Positions 42,514 through 54,378 of a DNA stretch of 64,000 bases are shown here, in pieces. The notes beneath the pieces were generated by a model. That model saw only the letters and a program-made list of their open reading frames with translations, did not search any database and was not told where the DNA came from. The translations under genes and the position numbers were made by a program. Every line of letters begins with the position of its first letter. The first letter of the stretch is position 1. Origin of the DNA: an uncultured Chthonomonadaceae bacterium (GTDB lineage Bacteria; Armatimonadota; Chthonomonadetes; Chthonomonadales; Chthonomonadaceae); contig CAWIEK010000053.1 in NCBI GenBank assembly GCA_963835065.1, positions 32,001 through 96,000 of the forward strand, written 5' to 3'.

Positions 42514-44137
42514 TCACTTCTGCTGGCTTTGCAGGAACGCGGGCCAGTTGGGAGCGGCGTGGGCAAAGCCGAGATTGGCGTACTGCGGGTCGTAGCCCGT
42601 TGTGGCATCCACGCTGCTGGGGGTTTGCGGGCCGGGCAGGAAGATGCTCAGGCCGTTGGCATAGGATTCCTGGCCGTTGCTGTCATGCGCCGACATGAGG
42701 ATCGCGCCACTGGAACCGAGCAGGCTGGTTTGCACGCTGCCTGCCGCGCTTGCCAGGTCGGTGGGAACGCCGGAGCCGGTACGAATCTGGTCGGCAAAGT
42801 CATACAGGTCTTTGTACTCAACAAAGTCAAAGTATTGAGAATTGACTCGCGCCGCCTGTATCAGACTGGCTTGCGAACCGGCGTAGTTCTTCAGGCTGCT
42901 GCCGAAAGCGTTCACCGCGCTTGCAACCGCGTCCATTTTGGTCAAATCCGTCATGGATTGCGTGATGTTGGTTTCGTTCGGGTAGCGGGCAATGGTATCC
43001 GTAATGAGGTTGCTGCCGGAGTCGCAGGGGCCGACGGACGGGTTGGCTTGCAGATAGCCCAGCCAGGCGTCGTAGGGATAGCCGGCTCCGGGCGGGCTTT
43101 CCTCCGTGCCGACGAACACGCGGGCGGAACTGCGCAGGTCATACGCCACTTCTATCGTGCCTTCCAGCGAACAGTCAATCACTACCATATCCAGCGGCTG
43201 CGCCGCGTTCGCCAGGGCAAGGGGGAGTTCCTGCGTGGCGATCTGGCTGCCCGTCTGCGTATCCTGCGACAGGCCGCGCGTCGGCTTGCCCAATTTAGCG
43301 GCTACGCGCCCGTTCATCACCCGGCGCGTGGTGGCGCTGCGTTTGGCACGGGCGGCAGTACGGTTATCCACGCTCAACGCGCCCGAACCATGATCCCAAA
43401 CCACAACGCACATATGGTCGGCGGGATAATTGGTCGTGCCCCACTTCACGAAATCGGCCAGCGTCTGATAGCTGCCCATGTCTGAAGTTGCGTTGCCCTG
43501 ATCCGTCAGCGTATTGGTCGGCGGGTCGGGCAGGCGATCTCCATCCAGAACCGTCGTATCTCCCACCAGGTTCGCGTTGGTATCAATGCCGGGAGGCGCG
43601 ATTCTGTTCTGGTCGGCCAGGCTGTGCTTGCTGATCTTGTAGCGGCGCGTGCCGATAAAGGAGGGCGTGGTGTCCGGCGTGACGCTGCCGAAGTATTTGG
43701 CGGAGCTTGTCGTCTGCTTCCATTGCACTACGATATTGAGATTGGAATCCGAGCCGACCGAAGCCATTTGCGCGATGTTGATCAGGCTGTCGGGCTGCAG
43801 GTTGCTGGCGGCGTTGAGGTAGACCAGCACCGTCCAGGTGGCGCGTCCGGCCTGATGCGCATTCGCCGTACAAACGCCGCGCGCCGCGTTATTGGTGTTG
43901 ACAAACGGCGTTGTGCCGGAAGTGGGGTACGAACCCGTCGAAGCGCCGCCGCTACCGGCGATAGGCGTACTGCCGCTCGTGCCGTCTCGTGCCGGTTGTG
44001 CCGGTTGTGCCGGCGCTTGTAGAGCCGCCGCTCGTGGCGCTGCTGCCACCCCCGCCGCATCCCGACAGGGCGACAACGGCCAGACCTATCAGTCCGGCAC
44101 AGGCCGTCAGACAGCGCGCCGAATTTGAAATGAACAT
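42514..44137 (-). CDS. Clostripain-related (C11) cysteine peptidase lipoprotein (frameshift near 43985)
   Basis: Lipobox LSGC plus Gly/Thr linker, WTVLVYLNAASNL, WDHGSG, IDCSLEGTIEVAY, GTEE, GLSIFLP. Confidence 0.82.
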
Positions 44138-44395
44138 ACAACAAACTCCCTTCGTGAGAAGACGAACTTTGAAAAAGATAAATGCTGGAAGAGACACAAG
44201 TATTGACAGTATACGAGCGAAAAGTAAATTTTTCGTAAAAAGAGCCACTTCAAAAATAATTATCGCTTTGCTCCATCTTTTACCCCAATTTTATGTTTTC
44301 CCTCCATGCTATTCCTAACGAACCATCGTAACGCGCCACCCGCGTCACCTTACAGGTCTGATGAACAACATTACCGTTCCGAAGGAGATTTCACC

Positions 44396-45325
44396 ATGAT
44401 AGCATTACCGAATACCGAACAGGAAATAGGGAACAGGAAACAGGGAACAGGGAACAGGAACCTGTTACTCAACGCTCAACGCTCAACGCTCAACGCTTTT
44501 ACCTTAATTGAGTTGCTCGTCGTCATCGCGATTATCGCCATCTTGGCGGCGATCCTGTTCCCCGTGTTTGCGCAGGCGCGGGAAAAGGCGCGGCAGACAA
44601 GCTGCCTGAGCAACATCAAGCAGATCGGCACGGCCATGCTGATGTACTCGCAGGATTATGACGAGCAGTTCCCCACCGGGCGCTACAATCCCGCGTACCC
44701 CAATCCCGCCGATTATGGCAAAGGATGGGCCAGCGCCCTGTACTCGTATACCAAAAACGCGCAAATTCTCAAGTGCCCCGATGACGGCACGGCAAACGTC
44801 GCCACGTCCAGCGTTTCGCCCGCGCTGTACCCGGTCTCGTATGTCTACAACTACAACATCGCGCAGCAGCCCGGCATTGCCGGCCAGAACGCGCCCGCCA
44901 GCACGGTGCTGATGGGGGAAGTCGTAGGCGATCAGGCCAATGTAGTCGCATCGGGCGAACTGCCCTCGTCTTCAGTTCCCGTGTACTCCCCTGCCGGCAA
45001 CGGCCTGACGGTGCTGACGGCGATAGACGGCAGCGCCATGCCGGGTGTGGCCGGAGCCGTCAAGTACGACACGGGGCCGATGGGCGGCTACCAATTGGCG
45101 GCAGCGCCGCAGGTTCCGTACCCGTCCCTGTTCAAGAACAGCACGGGGCGGCACTCGGATGGCAGCATCTTCTGCCTGGCCGACGGACACGCCAAGTTCT
45201 TCAAGCCGCAGGCGGTTTCTCCCGGCTATAATGCGGGCAGTTCCGACGCGCCGCAGGACAACTCCGTGTATACGGCAGCGGGAACCGCCGACTCGCGCCA
45301 CGCCGTCACTTTCAGCGCCAACTGA
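44396..45325 (+). CDS. Prepilin-type N-terminal cleavage/methylation DUF1559 protein with H-X9-DG tail
   Basis: [40 protein letters not shown] and [16 protein letters not shown]. Confidence 0.95.
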   Translation: MIALPNTEQEIGNRKQGTGNRNLLLNAQRSTLNAFTLIELLVVIAIIAILAAILFPVFAQAREKARQTSCLSNIKQIGTAMLMYSQDYDEQFPTGRYNPAYPNPADYGKGWASALYSYTKNAQILKCPDDGTANVATSSVSPALYPVSYVYNYNIAQQPGIAGQNAPASTVLMGEVVGDQANVVASGELPSSSVPVYSPAGNGLTVLTAIDGSAMPGVAGAVKYDTGPMGGYQLAAAPQVPYPSLFKNSTGRHSDGSIFCLADGHAKFFKPQAVSPGYNAGSSDAPQDNSVYTAAGTADSRHAVTFSAN

Positions 45326-45483
45326 TAGCCCTCAACTCCTGCCCCTTCTCCCAACCAGCGTGGGAGAAGGGGAAGTTACCTGTAGGTTCTTAGTGCGTGG
45401 GCCAAATGTTCGGGGGCATCTCAACACAATTTACCGCATCAACGCATTTTGGACAGCAGGAAAATTTTGTTCGTCCCAACGCC

Positions 45484-45512
45484 TTGACATTTCCAAAAAC
45501 CTGTGCTATATT
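45484..45512 (+). promoter_or_regulatory. Sigma70-type promoter for the tRNA pair
   Basis: TTGACA (45484-89), 17-bp spacer, TG-c-TATATT (45507-12). Confidence 0.8.
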
Positions 45513-45545
45513 ATTCCTGCACGACCTGAGAGTGTCCACTCTTCA

Positions 45546-45626
45546 GGGGAAGTGGTGAAATGGTAGACACGCATGCCTTAGGAGCATGTGCCTCACGGCT
45601 TCAGGGTTCGAGTCCCTGCTTCCCCA
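45546..45626 (+). tRNA. tRNA-Leu (TAG)
   Basis: GGGGAAG/CTTCCCC acceptor stem, TGGTAGAC D loop, TAG anticodon, long variable arm, GGTTCGAGTCC. Confidence 0.95.
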
Positions 45627-45652
45627 TGTGTGAATGCCAATCCGCTGTCTGT

Positions 45653-45724
<72 letters not shown>

Positions 45725-45726
45725 TC

Positions 45727-45766
45727 CGCCCATTCTCAATCCAACTGCTTTGAGAATGGGCGTTTA
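45727..45766 (+). terminator. Intrinsic terminator after the tRNAs
   Basis: CGCCCATTCTCAA...TTGAGAATGGGCG followed by TTT. Confidence 0.75.
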
Positions 45767-45892
45767 CTTGTAAGTCCTCCGCCCCATCTGTACCAGATTC
45801 TTATCCGTTCTGTACCTGTATACTCTCCCAACTCCTGAAACCCTGAACATCTACTCGTGAACTCAATCGCTCAACACAAAGGAAATTCAGCC

Positions 45893-46378
45893 ATGCGTCT
45901 ACGCACCCCTCTGTTTTGTCTGGCAGGTCTCGGTTTCGTCAGTCTCGTCGGCTGCGGCGGCGCTACTATCGGCACACTCCGCAATGCGCAAGTATCCATT
46001 TATGAAGGCAGTTACGAGGGCGGCTACACAGGTATTCGTGGCGAAAAGGGAGCCATGAAAATCAGCGTAGCCAGAGACGCCTCTTTCCTTGGCACGGTTA
46101 CGGATGGCATAACCGGCAAAACGGGTCCTCTCAGCGGCATCGTCTCGCAGGATGGTCATTTCAAAGCTTCCTACCACTATGTCAACGAAACCACGCAGTA
46201 TTCGGGAACCGGCATTATGACGCCTCCCGTTACCCTTCCTGCCAGCTCGTCAACTGCCAACGGCGTGACAACCACAATCCCTGCCATGCGGGGCTTCAGC
46301 GGCACATGGAACCTGACAACCCCGACGGTCACGACGTACACTTTCTCGATTTCCGGCGAAACAGGCACTGCGCAATAA
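45893..46378 (+). CDS. Lipoprotein, hypothetical
   Basis: AAGGA RBS, LVGC lipobox, beta-rich YEGSYEGGY. Confidence 0.75.
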   Translation: MRLRTPLFCLAGLGFVSLVGCGGATIGTLRNAQVSIYEGSYEGGYTGIRGEKGAMKISVARDASFLGTVTDGITGKTGPLSGIVSQDGHFKASYHYVNETTQYSGTGIMTPPVTLPASSSTANGVTTTIPAMRGFSGTWNLTTPTVTTYTFSISGETGTAQ

Positions 46379-46509
46379 GGCTGCGCTGAAATCAAAACAT
46401 TAAGCATAATGCCTCTGCGCGAAATTTCCGCGTGGAGGCATTACGCATGTTTCCGGTTTACAACTCTTCCCCGAATTAGAGCCTATTTCAATAGGCCGGG
46501 AAAATGCAT

Positions 46510-49078
46510 TTAAGGAGTAGTTTGCGTTATTGTTTGATATACAGCAGGGGGCACGGGAAAGCCGTTTCTGCCGTCTGCGGGATTGTCGTTGAATAATGGG
46601 CCGAGGCCGATTTGCGCGATATACAGGGCGGCGAACAGATCGGCGTGAGTTAAAGTTGCGTCCGGGTTGAACAGCAGTCTGCCTTCAGGCGTTCGGTGTC
46701 CTAAACCGTCCCACAGTTCCGAGGTAATGTTATGGTCATAAAGCGTTTCCACCGGGGAAGAGGTATTTGCGTCCACATCGGCGTAGTGTGTGGCTCCGGC
46801 GATGCGGGGAGTTTGCCAGTTCAGGACGCGCATCAGCCAATTCGCCACCTCCCGGCGCGTGACAGGCGTATCCCCATTTAGCGTTTGCAGGCACTCGCGT
46901 ACCGCATTGGTATCGGCGGGTGTGCCCATGTACGGATAATAGCCGCGTACAACAGTTTGCAGCGACGTTCCATTCCCCATCTCCACACTGCTCAACAATT
47001 GCTCTCCCGGCGCGGCGCGTTCGGCCAGTTTTTGCAGCATCTGCGCCAGTTCTTTGCCGGTTGTCGGCGCGTCGGGCTTGAAGGTTTCCTCGCCTAATGT
47101 GAAGCCGCGCGCCACGAGGTACTGAATGGCGCGGTAATGGCGGTGTGTGGGCTTTACGTCCGACAGATACGATAGCATCAAATTTGGGTCGGGGTTGAGG
47201 TTGGAAGCGTGGGGCAGCAGTTCTTCCTGCACCTGACGGGCGGGAACGTCGCGCGCGATTTTGTTGTAGCGGATGCCCAAATACGCGCCAATCGCCGCCG
47301 CTTGCCCGAACTCCATGCGTACCGGTTCCAGTCGGTACGTGCCGAAACTGACGTGCGTGGACGATACCGCCGTCGTCACCCACACGTTATCCAATCCCTG
47401 CGGAATCAAAATGCCGAGCGGCAGTTGATGCCAGGGCGTTTCCTTGTACAGCCACCACTCCCCTTCGCCCATGTCCGGGCGATCCCAATCGGTCTTGACG
47501 CGAACGGCATGGGAATCCATCGGGTAATCGCCAATGCCGATGCTTTCCGGGCGAACAAAAGAACGCGCGTCCGTCACGTCGGTTTCGTCCGGCAATTGTT
47601 CCCCCACAATGCGCCGGCCTTCGCGTACATACAGCAGAGGCGGAAAGCCGTTCGTGTCGCGGTACTCATCGTCGGGAGCGCCAAGCTGCTTTTGCCCCAA
47701 TTCCGTTTGTATGTAGTACAGGTAGCCGAGTACATGGTCGCGGTATTGCCGTTCTATCCGATCCCGTGTCGCGTAATCCGTTGTGGGATAGGGGTAGTTA
47801 ATCTCCTGCAAATCGCCGCCCTGTGGATGTTGGTTCAGTTCGTACTTGTTCTGCGGCAGTTTGCCCGACGTAAACGCCCACGAGTCTTTCCAGCCGGGCG
47901 AGTGGATAAAGTCTTCGCGCCTGTATCCCGGCGGCTTTGGAATGGTCTTGTCCACGTTCGCGCCGTAATCCTTGACCACAAACAGGTACGCGTACGACTG
48001 AATCCGCCTGTCGCCTTCACCTGTGCTGCCCGGAAGCGGGCTGTCATGGGCGCGGTCATAATAAATCACGCCATTGTGCGGTTCGCGCTTGCTGCGGGGT
48101 TCCCGTCCCACGCGAAACTTCGCGCCCGCCCATGCCGCCAGATCGCCGCAGTCCGTCGCGTCAATGAACATGGGCGCGGTCAGTTCCATGCGTCGCGCCG
48201 GTCGGCTTGTTCTGCCCGTCAATCTCCTCGATGTCAACGGACGTGACCCGCTTGCGCTCGGAAGAAACACCACTGCGCTCCGTATGCACCCGCGCCAATC
48301 GCGCATGGCGAAACACGGTGATATTGGGCTGCTCGAACACCAGTGACTTCATGGCGTTGTGCGCAATGCGCGGCTCGTAGCGCAGGCCGTCCGTTTTCAC
48401 GCCCTCCGCCGCGTACAACTCCTTCACGCGCTGCGCAAACCGTACCAGAAACCCGCTGGCATGATAATCACGGCGCAGGTCTGTCGCGCTCAGGCCATTG
48501 ACAGGCATCCCGCCCAATCGCGTTGTCGGCTCTATCAGCGCCACTTTCAGCCCCCGCCGCGCCGCTTCCACCGCCGCCGCCACGCCTCCCGAACTCAGCC
48601 TGCATAATGACCACATCGAAGTCGAAGCCCTTGGCCGCGAAAAGACAGGTTAGTTCCGGCTTACGGGATTTAGCTCTTTGCCAGATGAAGCCAGTTTGTC
48701 AACGGGGCGTGGCAGAAAAGCGAAGGTGCAGTCCACGTCCTCGCGGGGCGTGGAAGCGGTGTCGCCCTGCAGAGCCACAATGGAATAATGATGAACTGAG
48801 TAGTGCGCAAGTCCCGTATCCGCATAATCCTGCGCGGTGGCGGGAAGGGTGGCAATGGTTTTGCCGTCGCGCTGCAATCGGTAGCCGGTGGCGTTCTGCG
48901 CGGGCAGCCAGTAGCAGTGAATTTCGCTGATGGAAACGGCAACGGCTTCAAACGAGCGGGGCGCGGGAAGTGTTGCCTGCTGCGCAAACGCGGATAACGA
49001 AGATGCTGCTGTCAGACTGGACACGCTCAGGGCGAACGCAAGGAGTGAAAACAAACGGGAAATCATGCGCAATGCCAT
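46510..49078 (-). CDS. Secreted FAD-dependent oxidoreductase with N-terminal Fn3-like and C-terminal SLH-like regions (frameshifts near 48650, 48600, 48190)
   Basis: FDVVI / GGVAAAVEAARRG, LGGMPVNGL, FIDATDCGDL, LYVREGRR, SHA, SSTHVSFGTYRLEP. Confidence 0.85.
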
Positions 49079-49313
49079 AGTGTTGACCTTTGGAAACGAT
49101 GGAAATGTACCCTGACATACGAAAACGAGCGGAACTTGTTGGCATGAAGAACGCGCCTTTTGGCTCATACGAAATCAGACTGTGATTCTATTTTTGAGGC
49201 GATTATCTCACTGCCTCTTGCGAAAATTAATTTGCGTCTATTCGCGTGTATTTGCGGCTACATTCTTTTGAATACTCTGACATGGCGAAAGGAAAGCGCC
49301 GGAGGAAAAGTTC

Positions 49314-50129
49314 ATGGATTGGAACGGACGGGTGGCGATTGTTACGGGCGGCGCGTCGGGTATTGGGGAAGCCACAGCGCGGGAGTTTGCGCGTGAGGGC
49401 ACACGTGTTGCCATATTCGACATCAACGCGGAAGCCGGGGAAGCGATTGCCGCCGAATTGCGTTCTGAGGGCGGGCAGGCGTTTTTCGTGCGCGTGGATG
49501 TTGCCGATGCCGCGCAGTGCCGCGAAGCCGTTCAAAGTTTTGTGGCGCGGCAAGGACGATTGGATTATCTGGTCAACAGCGCGGTCAGCTTTGTAGGCAA
49601 GGGATTGGACGCGACCACGCCGGATTGGGAGCGCAGTCTGGGCGTCAACGTGCAGGGCAACGCGAACATGGCGCAGGCGTGTCACAGCGCGATGAAGCAA
49701 ACGAGTCCGGGGAAACCGAAAGGCGGGGGCGCAATCGTCAACATCAGCAGCATTTCCGCCCATGTCGCGCAGCCCAACCGCTGGACGTACAACGCCTGCA
49801 AGGGAGCCATTCTCGCCTTGACGCGCTGCCAGGCATTGGACATGGCCCCCGACAACATTCGCGTCAACGTCGTCAGCCCCGGCTGGACATGGACGCCCGA
49901 AGTCGCCAAAGCCGCAAACGGCGACAGAGCAAAATGGGAACCAATCTGGGGCCGCTTTTCCATGCTGCGGCGGTGCGCCGAACCCCGCGAAATCGCCCGC
50001 GCCATTCTATTCTTGTGCAGCGACGACGCCAGTTTTATTACGGGTACGGAATTGCCCGTAGACGGCGGCTATCTCGCCTTAGGAAGCGAAGGATTGGGCG
50101 ACAACTCCAATTTCGCCGGAACCGCGTGA
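49314..50129 (+). CDS. SDR-family oxidoreductase
   Basis: TGGASGIG, NISSIS, YNACKG, ASFITGTELPVDGG. Confidence 0.95.
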   Translation: MDWNGRVAIVTGGASGIGEATAREFAREGTRVAIFDINAEAGEAIAAELRSEGGQAFFVRVDVADAAQCREAVQSFVARQGRLDYLVNSAVSFVGKGLDATTPDWERSLGVNVQGNANMAQACHSAMKQTSPGKPKGGGAIVNISSISAHVAQPNRWTYNACKGAILALTRCQALDMAPDNIRVNVVSPGWTWTPEVAKAANGDRAKWEPIWGRFSMLRRCAEPREIARAILFLCSDDASFITGTELPVDGGYLALGSEGLGDNSNFAGTA

Positions 50130-53027
50130 CTACTTCTTCACCGCTTCCGCCGCCGCGCGTCTCACGTCTATGAAGTCACGCGCCTGCAATGCGCCGAACT
50201 GATAACTGCCCGCGTCGTCCGCGTTGCTCTGGTGGAACGCGCCGGTTGTCGTGAGCAGATTGCGCAGAGCCGCCCCGACCTGCTCCCGGTCCCAATGCCG
50301 CGCTTTGCCGAGCAACAGGAGATACTCTACATCCTGTTGGGCGCGGCGCAGGGCTTTCAGGCGCAGGCTTGCCACCGGTCCCGTAATGCCGAAACGCTTG
50401 CCGGGCAGGAGCAGGGCGGTATCTTCGGCGCGGGTGTAGTTCTCGTCACTGCCTACCGTTTGCCAGGGCACGATGGCGTCGGCTCCCGCCAGCCAGGCGC
50501 GAACGGCCCATGCTTCCGCTTCCGTGTTGGAACGGCTGACCGCATTGGCCGTGCCGTAGTTCCACAGTCGAACGCCCTGCTGCTCCTGCATTTCGCGCAG
50601 GCGTGGGCCTTTGGTGAACAACTCGCCACTCACGACCAGCAAATCCACGTTGTTGTCCAGATAATCGCGCTGCCATTGCGGGCGGGAAATGTCCTCGCGC
50701 ATGGGCAGGGATACGCCCTTCACATTCCGCGTTCCCGCCGCGAACAAGTGATTAAAGTAGGCGAGCGCCAGCCAGTCGTCCCGATGGTTCGGCTCGTCGA
50801 GCAGCCACCACGACGTGCCCCTGCCTCCCATTTTCGGGTCTTTGTAGTAGTATTTGTCGTTCTGGTAGAACTGAAAGTCCGTGCGCGTCCATTGCTTCTG
50901 TTGGAAATGTTCGGCAAACTGATGCGCCACATTGGTAAACCCGGCTGCGAATTGGGCGTCTAACGCCTGTTCGATAGGCGGGGCGTTGAGGGCGTGTTCC
51001 GCAATCAGGGCGGGGTAAGCCGTTGTGGTCGCCTGATACTTGTAATGGGCGCGAATGTCACCCGGCCAGGCTTCGTGGAACGGCAGGTAGAAATGCGTGA
51101 TGGGAACGCCGGCGCGGGGCAAATCGGCAAACGCCGTGCCATCCAGATACGGCCCGAACTGCGTATCCCACGCCTGCCAGTCCGCCACGCGCAGGTTCGC
51201 GCCCTCTCCTTCTAACGGCGGCGCGTAATTGGTGGACACATTGCCCGTATGGGAATACCCCATAATCGCCAGCGTACTCCGATGCCGATGCGCCATGCGG
51301 TGATACTCGCGTTCCAACGCGCGGTATTCGGGCGTATGGTCATCCATGCCGAAATACTGCCCCACCGTGCCATACGTGTTGAGGCTGATGTCGAAGCCAA
51401 GCGTATCCGGCAGGGTCAGATCGTTTATGATAATCTCTATGGGAACCTTAAGGGGCGCGTTTCCCTCCGCCGTGACCGTAATCGCGCTTTGATAGGTTCC
51501 CGGCGCGACGTTACGCGGAACCAGAAACTCCATAAACACCGATTGATTGCGCTGACCGGGTACGGCGTTATCCTGGGCGGGAATGTCGAACGGTTTGGCA
51601 AGCGGAACGCATGCTTCGGGATACCAGTTGTTGCCGTCCTTGACATACCAATCCCGGAACAAGTCTGCCTGCGTTTTCCATACCAGTTTTGTATGCGGGT
51701 CCTGAAACCGTAGCGTATTTTGCACGTTCGCCTGCTTCAGCGCAGGCTTGACAGCCTCGATAACCAGATTGAAACCGACGATTTCATTTCGCGCCCCATG
51801 CAAACGTATGGCTTGTCCGGTCCAAACCGCGTTGGCGCTAAGATGATTAGGGCCGGTGTAGCTGGCATACCGCGCCGCGCCCGCATGTTCCAGCAGATTT
51901 CCATAAACGGGGTCGGCTTTTTCGGTATCGGGGTACGCCCACGCGCGCAGCGCGGCGTTGGAAACCGAAAGGGCGTTTGTGGGCTGCCCGATGGGAGGGC
52001 GGGGCAGGGGCGCAGGCTGTGGCTTGGCAGGCGAGGTCGTGCCTGTCACTCGCCTGCGTACTGTATGCGCTCCAATGGCGCTCAACGCGGTCAATTCAAC
52101 CCGGATGGTTTTGGAGGGCGGCAAGTCCGTCAGCAGAAACGTTTGCTTCTGTCCTGGTATGGCAAATGGAAGCACGGAACGAGTCACCGTTTGCCAATCC
52201 TCCGCGTCGTTTGTTTGTATGCGGGCGTCATACGCGAATGTACTCGCAGGCGTGGTAAACGTCACGCGCGCCGCGCCTTTACCAAATCCGGCATGAAGCG
52301 CATCCGGCGCAACAATAATATTAGTCGGGTAATTGATAGTTTTGTCCGTGTCCGGTGAACCCTCAACTGTGAGGTACGGCTGTGAGCTGGACTGTTCCCG
52401 TGAATACACATCATTATTCGCCGCCGTTTGCCCCTTTTCGTCCGAGACCGCCAGCCCGTAAGAAACGTTCGCCACCAGCGCCTGAACCAGTTTCGGCGCA
52501 ACGTTCACGGTAAACCAGCCGTCCTGCCCCGCCTGTCCCGGCTCCATGCGAATATCGGCGTAACTTGCGATTGTATGTCCCGCCGTGTACGACACATCCG
52601 TAAAATCCGTGTCCGGCCCCGCCCAGCGCGTTTTGCCGTTTTCGCTCCACAGGAAACTGGTTTCTCCCGGCTTGGCTTCCTGTACGCCCGTGCCCTCCTG
52701 CCAGGGCGCGCTGATAGTCGAAATACCCAACGTGCGTAATTTGCGGTCCGCATTGGCGTAGCGCAGGTGCAGCGTAGCCTTCGTCACCTTCCACCCGGCA
52801 ATGGGCGCGGTATCAAACTGAAACAGGGCAAGCATCTGTATGCCCTTCAAACGCAGCCGCGTACTCTGCCCATAGTTTGCATTGCGCTCGCCCTCATACG
52901 ACGACACATTGGTATCCGCCACGCAACGCAGTTTCACTTCGTCCGCCCGCGCGATTCGCGTAAAGAATGTTAGAAGCAAACAACAGACACTCACATTTAA
53001 CGAGTTCAAATCGCTAATTCCCTTCAT
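50130..53027 (-). CDS. Secreted DNRLRE-domain plus GH123-like/DUF4091 glycoside hydrolase-domain protein
   Basis: Signal peptide, ADTNVS..NYGQS..PYLTV, GARNEIVGF, NQSVFME, LLDEP, SLRLKALRRAQQDVEY. Confidence 0.7.
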   Translation of the reverse strand: MKGISDLNSLNVSVCCLLLTFFTRIARADEVKLRCVADTNVSSYEGERNANYGQSTRLRLKGIQMLALFQFDTAPIAGWKVTKATLHLRYANADRKLRTLGISTISAPWQEGTGVQEAKPGETSFLWSENGKTRWAGPDTDFTDVSYTAGHTIASYADIRMEPGQAGQDGWFTVNVAPKLVQALVANVSYGLAVSDEKGQTAANNDVYSREQSSSQPYLTVEGSPDTDKTINYPTNIIVAPDALHAGFGKGAARVTFTTPASTFAYDARIQTNDAEDWQTVTRSVLPFAIPGQKQTFLLTDLPPSKTIRVELTALSAIGAHTVRRRVTGTTSPAKPQPAPLPRPPIGQPTNALSVSNAALRAWAYPDTEKADPVYGNLLEHAGAARYASYTGPNHLSANAVWTGQAIRLHGARNEIVGFNLVIEAVKPALKQANVQNTLRFQDPHTKLVWKTQADLFRDWYVKDGNNWYPEACVPLAKPFDIPAQDNAVPGQRNQSVFMEFLVPRNVAPGTYQSAITVTAEGNAPLKVPIEIIINDLTLPDTLGFDISLNTYGTVGQYFGMDDHTPEYRALEREYHRMAHRHRSTLAIMGYSHTGNVSTNYAPPLEGEGANLRVADWQAWDTQFGPYLDGTAFADLPRAGVPITHFYLPFHEAWPGDIRAHYKYQATTTAYPALIAEHALNAPPIEQALDAQFAAGFTNVAHQFAEHFQQKQWTRTDFQFYQNDKYYYKDPKMGGRGTSWWLLDEPNHRDDWLALAYFNHLFAAGTRNVKGVSLPMREDISRPQWQRDYLDNNVDLLVVSGELFTKGPRLREMQEQQGVRLWNYGTANAVSRSNTEAEAWAVRAWLAGADAIVPWQTVGSDENYTRAEDTALLLPGKRFGITGPVASLRLKALRRAQQDVEYLLLLGKARHWDREQVGAALRNLLTTTGAFHQSNADDAGSYQFGALQARDFIDVRRAAAEAVKK

Positions 53028-53126
53028 TTATGAATGTCCTTCCCTACGGGTGGACGCCCGGATACAGCGATTTCCTGTTGCGAAACCGTTCTCTCAGGTA
53101 CGGGCTTTGCAATCTCTTCTTTCTGG

Positions 53127-54367
53127 CTTGACAAACGGTATGTTTGTCTTGACACACTGTACGTTTGTCTTGACACACTGTACGTTTGTCCGGTAACATT
53201 GTGGTATGTTCCGGCTTACCGTCAAGTACAGACTACTGCCAACCGCAGCGCAGGAAACCATCCTGCGCCAGATGCTTTCCACAGCCCGCGACGTGTACAA
53301 CAGCATGGTGGGCTGGCGCAAGCGCGATTATGAAATACACGGCACAAGTCCTACTTACCTGCAACAGCAGAACGTGTTGCCGCTGTGGAAGCCAAGCCCA
53401 CCCGGAGTTGTGTCAACTCTACTCGCAGGTATTCCAGGATGTGGTGAAGCGCGTGTACCTTGCCTTCCAAGCGTTCTTTCGGCGCGTCAAGAACGGTGAA
53501 ACGCCGGGCTATCCGCGCTTCAAAGGACAGGGGCAGTACGACAGCCTCACCTATCCACAGGAAGGTGGCTTTGTGCTGGAAGAGGGTGCAGTACGGCTGT
53601 CCAAGATCGGCGTTATCAAGGCCGTTCTTCATCGCTCCCTGCCGGGTGTTGCCAAAACCTGCACGATAAGAGTACAGGCCGGAAAGTGGTTTGCCTGCCT
53701 CACCTGTGAAGTGGAACAAGAGCCGCTACCCGCAAGCTCGGAGCAAGTCGGTATAGATGTCGGGCTGGAACACTTTGCCGCCACAAGTGAGGGCGAGTTC
53801 ATTAGCCAATCCTCGTTTCTTCCGCAAGGACGAAAAAGCCCTTGCAAAAGCGCAACGCAAAGTGCAACGTCTCAAAGCCTGCCGCACACAACAGCGCAAG
53901 ACGAGCTTGCGCAAAGCGCGGCGCATTGTGTCATGTATCCATGAGCGCATCCGCAACAGCCGCCATGATTTTGTTCACCAGACCGCTTGTAAGTTGGTCA
54001 ACCGCTTCGGCCTGATTGCCGTAGAAGCCCTCCACATCAAAGGTATGGTACACAACCATTGCCTTGCCAAGTCCATTGCCGATGCCAGTTGGCGTATGTT
54101 CCGCGCTGTCCTTGAAAGTAAGGCTGAAAGAGCCGACCGGAAAGTGATCGCCGTCAACCCCGCATACACCTCCCAAGACTGCTCGGAATGTGGAAATCGC
54201 GCCCAAAAGAAACTTGGGGAGCGCGTTCATGTTTGTTCGTGCTGTGGCCTTGTGCTGCAACGTGATGTGAACGCGGCAAAGAACATCCTCAACATCGGTG
54301 TGGGGCGGCACACCGTTCCGGCTTGACCGGAGAGAAGCCCCGGCGTTTACGCCTGGGGAGCCGTCAC
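53127..54367 (+). mobile_element. IS200/IS605-family (IS1341-type, tnpB-only) element
   Basis: Right-end hairpin AGAAGCCCCGGCGTTTACGCCTGGGGAG then TCAC (54364-67). Left region has a 21-bp unit repeated three times. No tnpA. Confidence 0.85.
53206..54326 (+). CDS. tnpB: RNA-guided endonuclease TnpB (frameshifts near 53395 and 53805)
   Basis: KYRLLPT, GYPRFK, GIDVGL, IAVEAL, TSQDCSECG, CSCCG, RDVNAAKNI. RuvC D/E/D present. Confidence 0.92.
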
Positions 54368-54378
54368 CATGTTCTTCC

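Noticed and set aside
53127..53189. Mini-CRISPR array for a Cas12f-like nuclease
   Set aside because: The units are head-to-tail with no spacers, and the gene has a typical IS605 right end.
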